Source: Takakia lepidozioides (lineage: Eukaryota > Plantae > Bryophyta). From it: a stretch of DNA of 64,000 nucleotides. Position 1 is the stretch's first letter, and each line of letters opens with the position of its first letter. A program made the translations under genes and the position numbers. Location of the stretch: the NCBI GenBank assembly GCA_030704615.1, contig CM060733.1, positions 49,352,001 to 49,416,000 on the forward strand. The letters run 5' to 3'. A model generated the notes under the pieces. It saw nothing but the letters and a program-made list of their open reading frames with translations, had not been told where the DNA came from and did no database searches. Positions 10,713-22,800 of the stretch are shown here, in pieces.

Positions 10713-13700
10713 TGTCGCGCACCTCACTTCGGTAAGCTCCCCTTCAAGTCATAGTTACTCACTTGATGCGCGTGCCTAACTCCCAAACTGGCCGCCGGGC
10801 CAACTCGGAGCTTCGGCTGCTCGCCGGAGCATAACGGTCCCCCTTTACTCCTCCACTAGACCCTCTCCCAATTTGGGCCTAGTGGTAATTCCCTTTGGTC
10901 GATGGCAGTTCGGAATAGCTCCCCACACCTTGGTCGCTTTCCGGCTCGCACGCTTACTCACTAGTTTTTGGACACCAACGGGCTTGCACCGTTCTCGGGG
11001 TTATTACTCCATATATATACTTCTGTGACTGTCCGCGGGGGTTTCACAAACAACACCACCATTTTATGGCGAACCACCACGAAAACCCTCGATTCCTGGT
11101 GATGAGTCGCGGTGAGTCTTGGCCCACCCACCACGGTCCCCTTGGACCGTGATGAGTCCCAAGACTCCCCACGACTCCCACCACAAGGTGTCCGCCCCCA
11201 TGGTGAGTCCTATGCCACCCCCACTAAGTCCCTCTAAGCTACCACCACCCCTTGTGGAGCCACCCCCACCGCAACCCGGTATGCGGGGCTCCACCTAGTG
11301 AGTGCCTCCGCCTCCTCGAGTGCCTTGGGCACTTGAGGTTGCTTCAGCCCCCCGTACCTATTGCTGCCACCGCCCCCACCACAGGGGCAACCCCTCTTTG
11401 TCCCGACCCCATGCCTTCAAGGCAAAGGGCCACGACACACATCCCTACCAACAGGGAGTGGATGTCCTCATTGACTTGTCCATTTTGTAGAAACGAACAT
11501 CCAAGTTGTGGCGTCCCACATCAAGGAGTTTGTTTCCGCACCATGGCGTCCCATGGCTAAGAACCAAACCCCCACTTGACTCTTCTCTCCACTAGCTAGT
11601 TCGGCCGACTTCCTCCAAGTCCCGGCCAAGGGTGGAGCCTCTCAAGCTCCTCCCAGTGCACTCTTCTTGACCCACTTCAGGGCCAAGGATCGATCCTCCC
11701 CGAGGATCGAATCGCCTTACTGCAACAACATTTGCTTGCGACCGCTCGTGATGTCGCTTTTGGCATCACCTTGAGCAAGGGTTCGCCTTGAACCCTTTTT
11801 GACTAGGAAGATAACCTTGAACCAACCGTGCATCTCAATCACTACAATTGGGTCCGCTTTGGAATTCTGGCCTGAGGTACGGGAACACGCTGAAGCCGCA
11901 CTACGACTTCGTCCCGAGGCTACACGATTATAGTACGTGAACGGAAGCACGTAGCTTCCGCATTAGCCTGCACTACAAGGCAACCCCCTCGGTAGCGCGG
12001 TTATAGTACGCGCACGCGCCAGATGCGCACTAGCACGTGAACTCCCAACAAAGGTGCAAGTTTCCTTGCCCCTTGGGTAGGAGTCACCCAATTTTGGCAC
12101 TACACAAACACACGATTAATCCAATTTACCTCTCCCACTTTGTAAGCTTAGCATGCATTCTACACACTAGCCAACCATACCATGCATCACCATTCCAAAC
12201 AAAATAGGACGCACAACATTTGAAAACCATTCCTTTTATAACAAAATTTGTACAATACAAGTTTTTGCAATTGGATTCCTGAGCTAGCTAAGCCGGGCTA
12301 AGCATGCATTTCCTCCCCCACGCTCTAAGGTTGATGTCCCCATCAACGCTTCTTCCGCTTTTGAGGTCGCCCTTCGAAAACTGCAACCGCCTCGGATGCG
12401 TTTCCCATTTCTAAGTCACGCACCCAAGATGCCTCCACATGATGATAGCCCTTCCATTTCACGAGATACTCCATTTCTTGATTCTTGAACCTCCTCGACT
12501 TAAGCACTTCCTCCACCTCGTACTCAGGTTCATGATCCAACAGCACAGGTGGCGGACGCAACACTTAAGGCCGATTCGGACGCGCTTCATCTTTGAAGTA
12601 AGGCTTCAAAAGGGAGACGTGGAATACCGGATGCACCTTGCTGTTTGCCGGCAGCTCCAATTCATACACATCCTCATTCATAACCTTCCGGATGCGAAAG
12701 GGTCCCGCATACGGAGGTACAAACTTTGGACTCACTTCCGGAGGTAGTCGAATTTTTTTGATGTTCAACCAGACCTCCGTGTCTGCCTCAAACTTAACCT
12801 CCCTCCGCTTCCGATTCGCCTGCCGTTCATACCGTTTCCTAGCTTTGGCAATGTTGTACTTTGCGAGCTTCAACAAACGCTCGCGTTCTTCCAGCACTGT
12901 CGCTGCTGCCGGTTCCTCAACGTCTTGGGCGGCCCAACTTGTCGGCACCATAGGTGCTTTTCCATAGACCAATACGAAAGGGGAAACTCCTGTTGCGGAA
13001 TGTTTTGTGTTATTATAACAGAACTCTGCCGCATCCAAGTGCTCCACCCAGTCCGATTGGTCTGCCGACACGTAATTCCGCAAGATCTGCTTCACCACGG
13101 AATTCACCCTTTCCGTTTGGCCGTCCGTCGTAGGTCGGAAGGCGGTGCTCATTTTGAGCCTCGTCCCTATTTTCTTCCAAAGTACCCTCCAAAATTTACT
13201 AGTAAACCTTGGATCGCGGTCCGAGACAATATCCTTCGGGAGTCCATGATGCTTGAAGACGTGGGCGAAGTAAAGTCGCCCCGTCTCCTGCGCCGTTGCC
13301 GTCTCCTTGGTGGGAATGAAATGACCCATTTTACTGAACCTATCCACCACCACCATGATTGCGTCGAATCCTTTTGACAGTGGCATAACAGTCATGAAGT
13401 CCATTAAAGACACTTTCCCAAGACCCCTTTGGAATCGGCAAGGGTTGTAACAGCCCCGCTTGCTTTTTGTACTCGCTCCGGTTTTGTTGGCATGTGGTGC
13501 ATGTCTTGACATACTCCTCGACCTTCTCCCTCAGTTTGGGCCTGAAATACTCTTTCTTCAGGAGTGCTGCGGTGCGCTTGGCTCCGCCATGGCCCGCAAG
13601 CGGGCCATCATGGCATTCTCTCAAGAGACTATCTCTGATCCCTCCCATCGGCACATAGAGATGTTTTTGCTTATACCAGGGCATTCCATTTTGCAAGTGG

Positions 13701-16700
13701 AACTACGATTTAACCCCCATCCTCAAGTCCCGCGTCACGGACTTCGCCATCTCATCCTTCCGGTAAGCCTTCCGAATCTTCCTTTAGAGCGTCGTCTCGC
13801 CTCTGTACACCATCATGAGCTACTGCTTTCTACTTAAAGCATCGGCCACCACATTGTCCCGTCCCGGTTTGTACTGGATATCCATGTCAAACATTGCCAA
13901 AGTGTCTTGCTACCTAATTTGTTTTGGGGACAACTTAGGCTGCGTGGCAAAATACTTCACCGTGACATTGTCCGTGAACACCTTCACCGGGTTGGAGCCA
14001 ATATAGTGGCGCCAAAGCTCAAGGCAATGCACCACCGCCTTCATTTCTTTCTCGTGTGTTGGCCACCGCCGCTCCACTTCATTCAGTTTCTTATTTTTGT
14101 AAGCCACTGGACGTCCCTCCTGCATGAGACCACCTCCAATCGCGAAGTCCGACGCATTCGTATGAATCTCAAATGGGCGGTCGAACTCCGGGATTTTCAG
14201 GACTGGAGCTTCCGCCATCCGCTGCTTCAAATCGGCAAAAGCTTGGCCACAAAAGGTGTTCCATACCCAGACTTTGGATTTACATAGGAGGTCTGACAGT
14301 GGCCCCGCGATCTGGGCGAAATTTCTCACATACTTTCGGTAATAGGAGGCGAGTCCTAAGAAGGATCGCACTCCTGGGATCGAAGTCGAAGGCTCCCAGT
14401 CCAAGATTGCTCTCACCTTTCTGTCATCCATTTTGATCCCATCCTGTGTAATCACATGCCCCAAGAACTCCACTTTTGTGACCCCAAATTCGCACTTTGA
14501 AGTTTTGACATACAGCTTCCCTTCTCGTAATTTCTGGAACACCCTTTTGAGGTGCTCCAGGTGTTCTTCCTTTGTTTTTGAGTACACCAAGATGTCGTCG
14601 ATGTACACGATCACAAAGTCGTCCAACCACTCCTGGAAAAGGCTGTTCATTAGCGTGCTAAAGGTTGCGGGTGCGATGGTGAGCCCAAAGGGCATCACCA
14701 AGAACTCATAGGAACCATACCTTGTCCTGCACGCGGTCTTTTCCTCATCTCCTTCCGCCACTCGAATTTGATGATATCCGAAGCGCAAATCGATTCGGCT
14801 GAAATACTTTGCTCTTGCCAACCGATCGAAGAGGTCATCGATCCTTGGCAAAGGGTATCGGTTTTTGATAGTCACCTTATTCAGAGTCCTGTAATTGACA
14901 CACATCCGCAGCGTCCCATCCTTCTTGTCTGCGAATAGCACCGGGGCTCCGTAAGGTGATTTACTCGGCCGGATGTACCCCTTTGACATTAGATCCTTGA
15001 GCTGAGTCTTCAGTTCGACCAACTCTCTGTGACTCAACCGGTAGGGTGCCTTGGCAGGCGGCTCTGATCCCGGTATCACCTCAATTTTGTGATCAACTCC
15101 TCTTCGCGGTGGCAAGCCGCTTGGTAAATCCTCCGGCATCACATCCTGATATTTCTCCAAAATCCCCTTGATCCAATCTGGGTTCGGCTCCCCATCACCT
15201 TTTTCCTTCACTTGTCTTACATAAAGCAAAAATTGGGGCTCGTGTGGCTCCTCCACGGCCCACTCCCTTGCTGACAGAAAGTTTATTCGCCCTCCCACGG
15301 GTTGGGCGTTTCCGACACTCGTAAAACTTCACCACCATTCCCACACAGTAGCGTGACTACTCTTTTGCGGCCATCTATGACCGCTCCGGATCTGCTCAAA
15401 AAGGTCATCCCCAAAATGAGATCCACTCCATCGATCTCACAAATGGTGAAGTTATCACGTCCCTCCCAACTCCCGAACTGAAGAGGAACATCAAACGCCA
15501 ACCTCGTCACCAATTGTGGTTATCCTTTAGCAGAACGCACCTCAATCGAGGCCCCCACATCACTTGTCGGGAGTCCCAGCTTCCGTGCCGTTGCCGGTGT
15601 CATGAAGGAGTGCGACGCTCCTGTGTCCACCAACAACGATACGTTAGTTCCGGAGATTATCCCACTCACAAACATTAACTGACTCCCTTTACGCAAGGCG
15701 TCAGTTTCCTGATACAACTCACAAGAGTAGTTGCCTACCTTGCAAGTCTTGGCGACCACCGCCTCCACCAAGCGGCTGATGGAGGCTTCGGATAACTCCG
15801 TGGTTGCCCGAGCCATATTCAATTGTCGGGGATTCGTACACTTCTTGGCCATGTGCCCGGGCTCCCCGCAATTAAAGCACACTCCATCGAAGGTCGCCTT
15901 CTGTCCGCCATAAGCCGCCGCACCTGGTTTTCCCTTTCGGGGCATCGGGTGTCGTCTTGACGTGTGAGGGCCATCCCTTCGATTTCCATGTGCCATTGTC
16001 GCCGCATGGCCTATCCCACTTCTTTTCCGGGCAGAAGGAGTCACCTTCCCGCCGGACCTTCTTGTGGTTCAGCTCCGTACGGCCTTGTCTTTCGCCCCTA
16101 GGGACATCCGAGAAACATTCAGCCCTTTCAATTGCCTCGTTCAAAGTCTTAGGTGGCTTCTCCTCCAACTTCCGTCTGGCCCATGGGGCTAGTCCCGCCA
16201 CAAAGTTGAAGACCATTTCTGGTTCTGCCATGTTTGCGACTTCGAGCAACAGCACATTGAAAGCCTGAACATATCCCCGAATGTCATCCGTTTGCTTCAA
16301 ATTCCTCATCTTGTCCCGGGCGAGCCAGGACGTGTTGAGGGGCACAAACTGTCTCTTCAAGAGTTCCTTGAACCCACTCTAGTTCAAGGTCTCCGAGTTT
16401 GGACCTCGGTCGTGAAGGCGTTTTTGCCACCATTGTTGAGCATAGCCCCTCAAATAGGTGGGAGCCACTTCCACCTGATCCTCGTCATCCAACTTGGCCG
16501 CCCGGAAGTACTGCTCTAGCTCCAAGAGCCAGGTGTTGAGTGCCTTCCAATTTTGGACGCCCTCGAAGGTGTCGGGTTTCTTAGGCTTCACCTTAAACTT
16601 TGCCTTAGTGGAAGTGGCATTAGTCGCCTTCAACATGTCTTTCAACGTCCCACCAAACTGCGCCAACAACCCTTCCCAAAAGGCTGCTGGCATGGGAGGC

Positions 16701-17680
16701 ATCTGTTGGTCTGTCGGAGCTCTCAGGGATTTCTCGGGCTCCGACTCCTCAGATTCCTCCCGTCCTTGAGTGGCCTCGCTTCCAAAGGCATGCATCGCTT
16801 TCTCAAATGGCCGCTTCGGTGATACGTCGCCCCCATCGGGCTCACCAGGATCATCATCTTTCGGGCCGTTCCGCTTTCGCTTTGGCTTGCCCGACCCCAT
16901 GATGAGGCCGATCCTAAGGACAATCGCGTACTGAACTGTAAGCTCTGATACCAAGTGTCCCGCACCTCACTTCGGTAAGCTCCCCTTCAAGTCATAGTTA
17001 CTCACTTGATGCGCGCGCCTAACTCCCAAACTGGCCGCCGGGCCAACTCGGAGCTTCGGCTGCTCGCCGGGGCATAACAGTCCCCCTTTACTCCTCCACT
17101 AGACCCTCTCCCAATTTGGGCCTAGTGGTAATTCCCTTTGGTCGATGGCAGTTCGGAATAGCTCCCCACACCTTGGTCGCTTTCCGACTCGCACGCTTAC
17201 TCACTAGTTTTTGGACACCAACGGGCTTGCACCGTTCTCGGGGTTACTACTCCCTATATATACTTCTGTGACTGTCCGCGGGGGTTTCACAAACAACACC
17301 ACCATTTTATGGCGAACCACCACGAAAACCCTCGATTCCTGGTGATGAGTCGCGGTGAGTCTTGGCCCACCCACCACGGTCCCCTTGGACCGTGATGAGT
17401 CTCAAGACTCCCCACGACTCCCACCACAAGGTGTCCGCCCCCATGGTGAGTCCTATGCCACCCCCACTAAGTCCCTCTATGCTACCACCACCCCTTGTGG
17501 AGCCACCCCCACCGCAACCCGGTGTGCGGGGCTCCACCTAGTGAGTGCCTCCGCCTCCTCGAGTGCCTTGGGCACTTGAGGTTGCTTCAGCCCCCCGTAC
17601 CTATTGCTGCCACCGCCCCCACCACAGGGGCAGCCCCTCTTCGTCCCGACCCCCTGCCTTCAAGGCAAAGGGCCGCGACA
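10713..17680 (-). mobile_element. Chromovirus-type Ty3/gypsy element A2, full length but frameshifted
   Basis: LTRs 16956-17680 (5') and 10713-11437 (3'), 725 bp each with roughly 15 mismatches. TSD CACAA (10708-10712 and 17681-17685). PBS 16942-16953. Same family as A1. Confidence 0.97.
12343..16900 (-). pseudogene. A2 gag-pol (gag, PR, RT, RNase H, IN, chromodomain) broken by stops and frameshifts
   Basis: ORF pieces 16379-16954, 15872-16360, 15520-16044, 15283-15513, 13910-15298 (RT: VMPFGL...VYIDD), 13340-13696, 12565-13512 and 12343-12564 (chromodomain). Confidence 0.93.
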
Positions 17681-18439
17681 CACAAACAAACATGGAACAA
17701 TGGCAGAACCAAATATGAAACAATGATGGCATGTGATGAAGAAGACAATATGGAAAAAATGAGTCTGCCAGGACTTGATTGATGATATCAAACATTCATA
17801 TTTTATTTGAGATTGTATTATTCAAGGCGATGGACCAACAGAAAAATGAACGTCAACTGTCCATCCGTTCGTGGACTTAATGCCATACAAGCCATAGATT
17901 CTGAAGCCATAGAACCGTTACGGCTTACACTAACTCATTAATAATACTGTGCCTCCTCCCAGACGGCTCGCAGTCAAGGCATGTGTCTGAAGACGACTCC
18001 GGTTACCACAACCATTTGCAACGGTCTCCGCACCAGAGGAAACGGAGATACTTTCAGGAAGGTGAAACCGGCTGACACTGTCATCTGAAATGTTACTGCC
18101 AACTCTACTTGATGCCCTTGAAGCCTCCCGGCATGCCCGCCATTCTTCCCAGTCACGCAGCTCTTCTTCCTTTTTTAGAATTTGTTCCTTGAATGTAACT
18201 GGGGACACGTGGTTGAAATGACAAATGTTAGGCCCAAAGTGGAAGTTTTGCATAATGAGGATTTTGTTGAGGTAAGAGTGCAAATGCAAATGCAAATGAA
18301 TTGAAAAATCAAATTCTGAACAAACAACAGAATAGTGAGATCCACGTGCCTACCAAGGTAATCAGGTTCTTTTTGATGTGGGATCCAAACACGAGGATCA
18401 AGATATCTTCCATACCAGGCCCAACAAGCATGGTCTCGA

Positions 18440-19050
18440 CCAATAGGTTTATGAGAACACTTTGTCCGGTTCTCGCTAATGTAATCAACGACTGTTGAAG
18501 TTCAAGCCATCTCCGATATATATGGCCACACTGCCTTTGTCATATCATCTCGGTCATGCAAGCCGTTTGGTGATGGCTTGAATGAGAAAGGGAAGAATCC
18601 AGTATTTTGTGGGTTTCGCAGGCCTTTTGATGGCTCATCATCTACAAGAAGTATTTGCCCCTGCGTAGCAAACGGTCTACCATGGTACTTGGCAATAACA
18701 CTGCGAATATCCTTCACGAGATATTTCATCCCGGGCCTGATGTAACCGGTAGTATCTTTGCAATCCTCAGCTGACCATATGAAGCAAAACTTCTTCGTTA
18801 TTTTCGTGGGGACGAAGCTCTCCAACATCCTACAAAGAACACCTCTATTAGAACATGACCAAATGGCCACGTGAAAATGCTTCAATGCAAGGTCCAGAAA
18901 CTCCAAGACTCCAGGCCAAACGGTCTGTCGGGAACTTGAAGTGTCACATTCCTGAAACGAAATTTCTCCTTAAACAATTCACCGCCGGTTGGGAGTGGCA
19001 AGTAGCAGAGGAGTACGATGACACTCAAAATTAACAACATCTGTTTCCCC
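18440..19050 (-). pseudogene. FCP1/NIF-like HAD phosphatase domain, disabled
   Basis: WPGVLEFLDLALKHFHVAIWSCS...FIWSAEDC...VKDI...ILLVDDEPSK..NPQN matches the FCP1-homology pattern. Motif I reads LLILSVIVLL (no Asp). Frameshift near 18930 and TGA at 18502. Further exons may flank it (17930-18200, 19400-19880). Confidence 0.7.
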
Positions 19051-19894
19051 GCTGTTGCATGTAAAGGATGAGAGACAAAGTTATCATGAGCAAGTTAATC
19101 ACACACTGACATTAGTGTTTCTTCCATGAAAACACCCATGACCCAGAATGATTGAGTGTATGGAAGATCAACACGAACGTACAAAAAGTGGCCAAAACCT
19201 GTACGTGTTGCGGGCTTAGAATATTTTGAGAGGAGGGTAAATATTGCGAAGAAGAGGAACGTCGACTACCAAGTGGAGGTTCAAGAAAGTACCTTGTACG
19301 GAGGGAAATTGATGAAGGTATCGTGTTGCATCCCTGCCTGTTGAGAAAATATGGAGTTAATTAGTGCAGAACCAAAAGAACACAAAAGAAAAGAAAGTGG
19401 AGAAATGATATCGAATAATACCGATGTCGCCTTATTGGAAAGTCTCGCTGGCGGACTTTGGATCCCAACGGACGTGTTTTGACGAGACCCTGGTATGTCC
19501 GAGGTATTCTTTTTCTTCCTCAAGTCTGTTTTGTCTCTGAAGACAAACTTCTCTCCGGTGGAACCGATTTATATAAGAGATGGAAATGGTTTGAGGGCTC
19601 TATGTGGCTTCCTTGGTGCAGAACATTGCGCCAACACTGCAGGGTCCGCAAGCCGAGAAGTTGCAATTGTTTCGTCCTTGTCCTTGTCTAAAGGGTTGCG
19701 GAGAAGGGGAACGGAATGGAAATTGTCCCTTGAGCACTCCACATCCTAAATGGAATGCACACGTAATGAAGGGATTATCTCGGAACAGATTTCCAATGAT
19801 GACGTCGTTTGACAGGAAGGTCATAATCCGCAGATTTTCTGGCCTGGAGTAAAACAAGAACATCAGACCCAGTACTAAGGAAAACAAAAGTACA

Positions 19895-22800
19895 AAGACC
19901 CAATGATCCCCACTGGAATAACTCAGAAAGCGCGATTGCATCTTGTGCTGCTCAATGTGATAACGCACCAGAAAACAAGCAGCATAGTATAACCCGCATC
20001 CCATGACAATACTTGCTACCTCCTTGGTCTTGGTATAAATGAATCCATGTACAATTTGGAAGGCAATTAATTCCTTCAACATGGTACCTGCCTCATGTCA
20101 GTACTGTGCAAAGTGATGATCCTCAATTGGTCGATTGTTCGGAAGAACTTTAGTCCTAGTTGCCACTGGCAGCCAAATGCGCATGATTTGATAGTAATGT
20201 GCCAATGACTGCGGAGGACTAAATTCTTTCCAAGCTAAATCTAACATAATGGGAATCTGGTTGAAGGGCATAATCATAGCCCTACTATACTCCCTTGCAG
20301 CTGGAGTTTTAGGTGGGTTAAAAGCAGCATTTCCCCATACCTCAGGCTGTGGTGGCTGTGGTGTGGTTGTAGTAACAACAGGGTCAGCTACTGGCACGGT
20401 GACTTGTTGTGGTGTTGGTGGCACTGGCTCTTGTACCATTGGCATCTCCTGCACCTCCTGTGAAGAAGACTGAAAAGCCAAAGTTCTGGCTTGTAAATAA
20501 GAAGCCATTAGCTGTTCCTCAGATATATAGACTCTTTTGTCGATATTTGAAGTGAGGTCCTCCTTTTGAGTCTGCAGGGCGTCTACATCCTCTTGTAACT
20601 CCGCTATCCTACTATAGACATTGTCTATAGTAGTTGTGGCAATGTTCTGCACTTGCAGCCTGAGCTCATTCATCTCGCTTTGGGTGAGCTTTCGTGGTGC
20701 TTTGCCCTCCATTGGCCCTTGTGCTAACAAGACCTGCATAAGGTGGTTATCCACCAAGTTGCTTGTGGTTCCTCTGAGAGTGTGTTCCTCTCTGAGTTTG
20801 TACACATCTAACTGCTGTTGTAAAGCCTCCATGCGCTTCGCATGAGGTTCAACCAAATTCGCATAGGCAGCAAGCAGATTATTGGCTTCCTTCCGAGCCT
20901 TGTTAGTGACCGAGATTTCATTTCTATTGGCCATGACCGTTTGTTGCAACTCCAGGATGTGCCTCTCTTGGTCAGCTTCAACCTGCCTATATTGCTTGAA
21001 AGTATCCTCATTGCGACAGATTGTATTCTTCATATCGACAATGAGTTTCATTTGCTCAACATTCTCTTCATCTGCCTTCGTACATTTTTCCGCTTGACTG
21101 TTTATTTCTTTTGTAGATTGGTCAAGCATAGTTGTGAGTGTAGCACATTGTATGGCCATCCTGTCATGCACTGTCTGCAACTCCATATGTAGTGCATTCA
21201 CTTCTTGCAACTTGCTTTCATGCTTCACCTGCATTTGGTATAGCTGTTGCTTATGTGCTTCATGCAAGTGGTTTTGTGCGAGGCCTGCCTCAATCAATTG
21301 TTCATTGGCCAATTGCAAAGCCGCTTCTGTACTCTCCAAGTCTTGCTGCATTTTGAGAGTGACCTCTTCATCGACCTTGTTTGCACACTCTGTGGCAAGT
21401 CGAGCCTCAAACTCTTTCCTGAGTTCCTTCCTCAAAGCTGCCAATTGAGTAGTGGGAACATGGGATTTGACATAAGTACCCAACAAATTCAGTGTCCTGC
21501 TTATGGAACTCATAAGCATAGCCTGTTGAGGGTCATCTTGGTGAGCTTGCTGCTGTTCTCCCTGATCCTCAACAGTGTGATACCTTATGAACTATTCAGG
21601 CCATTGCCCCACCAGATTTTCTTCCTGAACCACTTCATCCGTCACCGGTGCTGCAGTGTCTTGACATTCTACCTGTGGTACCTCCGTCACAGGTGTGTGT
21701 ATTATATGCACCGCAGGGTTTCCCCTGGACAATTGTTGCACCTCCAGAATCACTATGTCCTTGACCATACCAGAATATTCATAGAGAAGGTCCCCCTTCC
21801 CAATTTCTGCCACCACCTGTTCTGTAGTGGGAATATCTAACCCTTCTTTTTCTAAATCAATTATTTCTGGTTGAATTGCATGGACAACTTGTGGTAACCT
21901 TGTGACAAGCCGATCCTCTGGCTGTGATGGCTATGATACTGAAGTAACTTCCTCTTCCCTCTCTGAAGGTCCTGCTTCCAATAATAACAATTCTCTGTGC
22001 TGCTGTGCCCCTTCCTCCACAAAAACTTGAGAAACATTATCATGCGGATTCCGTGAAGCCAGTGGATCCGCTACTACAGTCTTTCCCCGCCTCTGTCTCT
22101 TATTCTCGAGTTGCCCTGCCAGTCCACCCTCACTGTGTGAAGAGCCTTGCTCTTCCATTGCAGTGGTTTGTGGCTCAAACACTCCCATCTCCTTTCTTTC
22201 TCGCGCATCAGGTATGCCAGAATCAAGAATTATTTGAGCAATGATTGGGCTAGACACTATGATAGGAGACTTTGCGGCAGTACCCTATAATCTTTTCATC
22301 TCCTCTACCAGTGCGTTGTACATTATGTCCGCCCATTCTACCTCTTCTCCTCTCAGGGCTTTGAGTATTTCTTCTGTGTTGGTTCTGTTTCATGGCAAAC
22401 AGAATGTTCAATACCTGGCCTACCTCCCTTAGCCATGGGTACACGGCCTTGGTACAACCATAACCCTGAGTTTTAAAGAAACTCCCTTCTTGGAATAAGT
22501 CCCCTATTTGCAGTCTTGCCCTGTGCTCCTCCACATGCACCTGACCTGCTGGCAATCGAAACAATTGTTGTAGGTATATGGGAGTAATTACTAATTCAAC
22601 TCCCTTCACCGTTGTTGCTCCTGTCCTTGGCTCAAAGTTCTGCAAGAATTGTAACATGTACTGTCTATGGTGCAATGTCCAATCTTTGTTTTGCAATCCT
22701 TGCAATCGCAGCTCCTTCAGTAACTGGACCGCCTGTGGAGTAGCAATCGTTTGTTTCTGCAAGATTGTGGTGCTCTTCACCCTGATTTCCACCATTCCTC

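Noticed and set aside
19600-20082. Hydrophobic FVLLFSLVLGLMFLF as an Env transmembrane helix
   Set aside because: It lies beyond the B1 truncation point (19895) and is read-through into unrelated flank. It is absent from B3.
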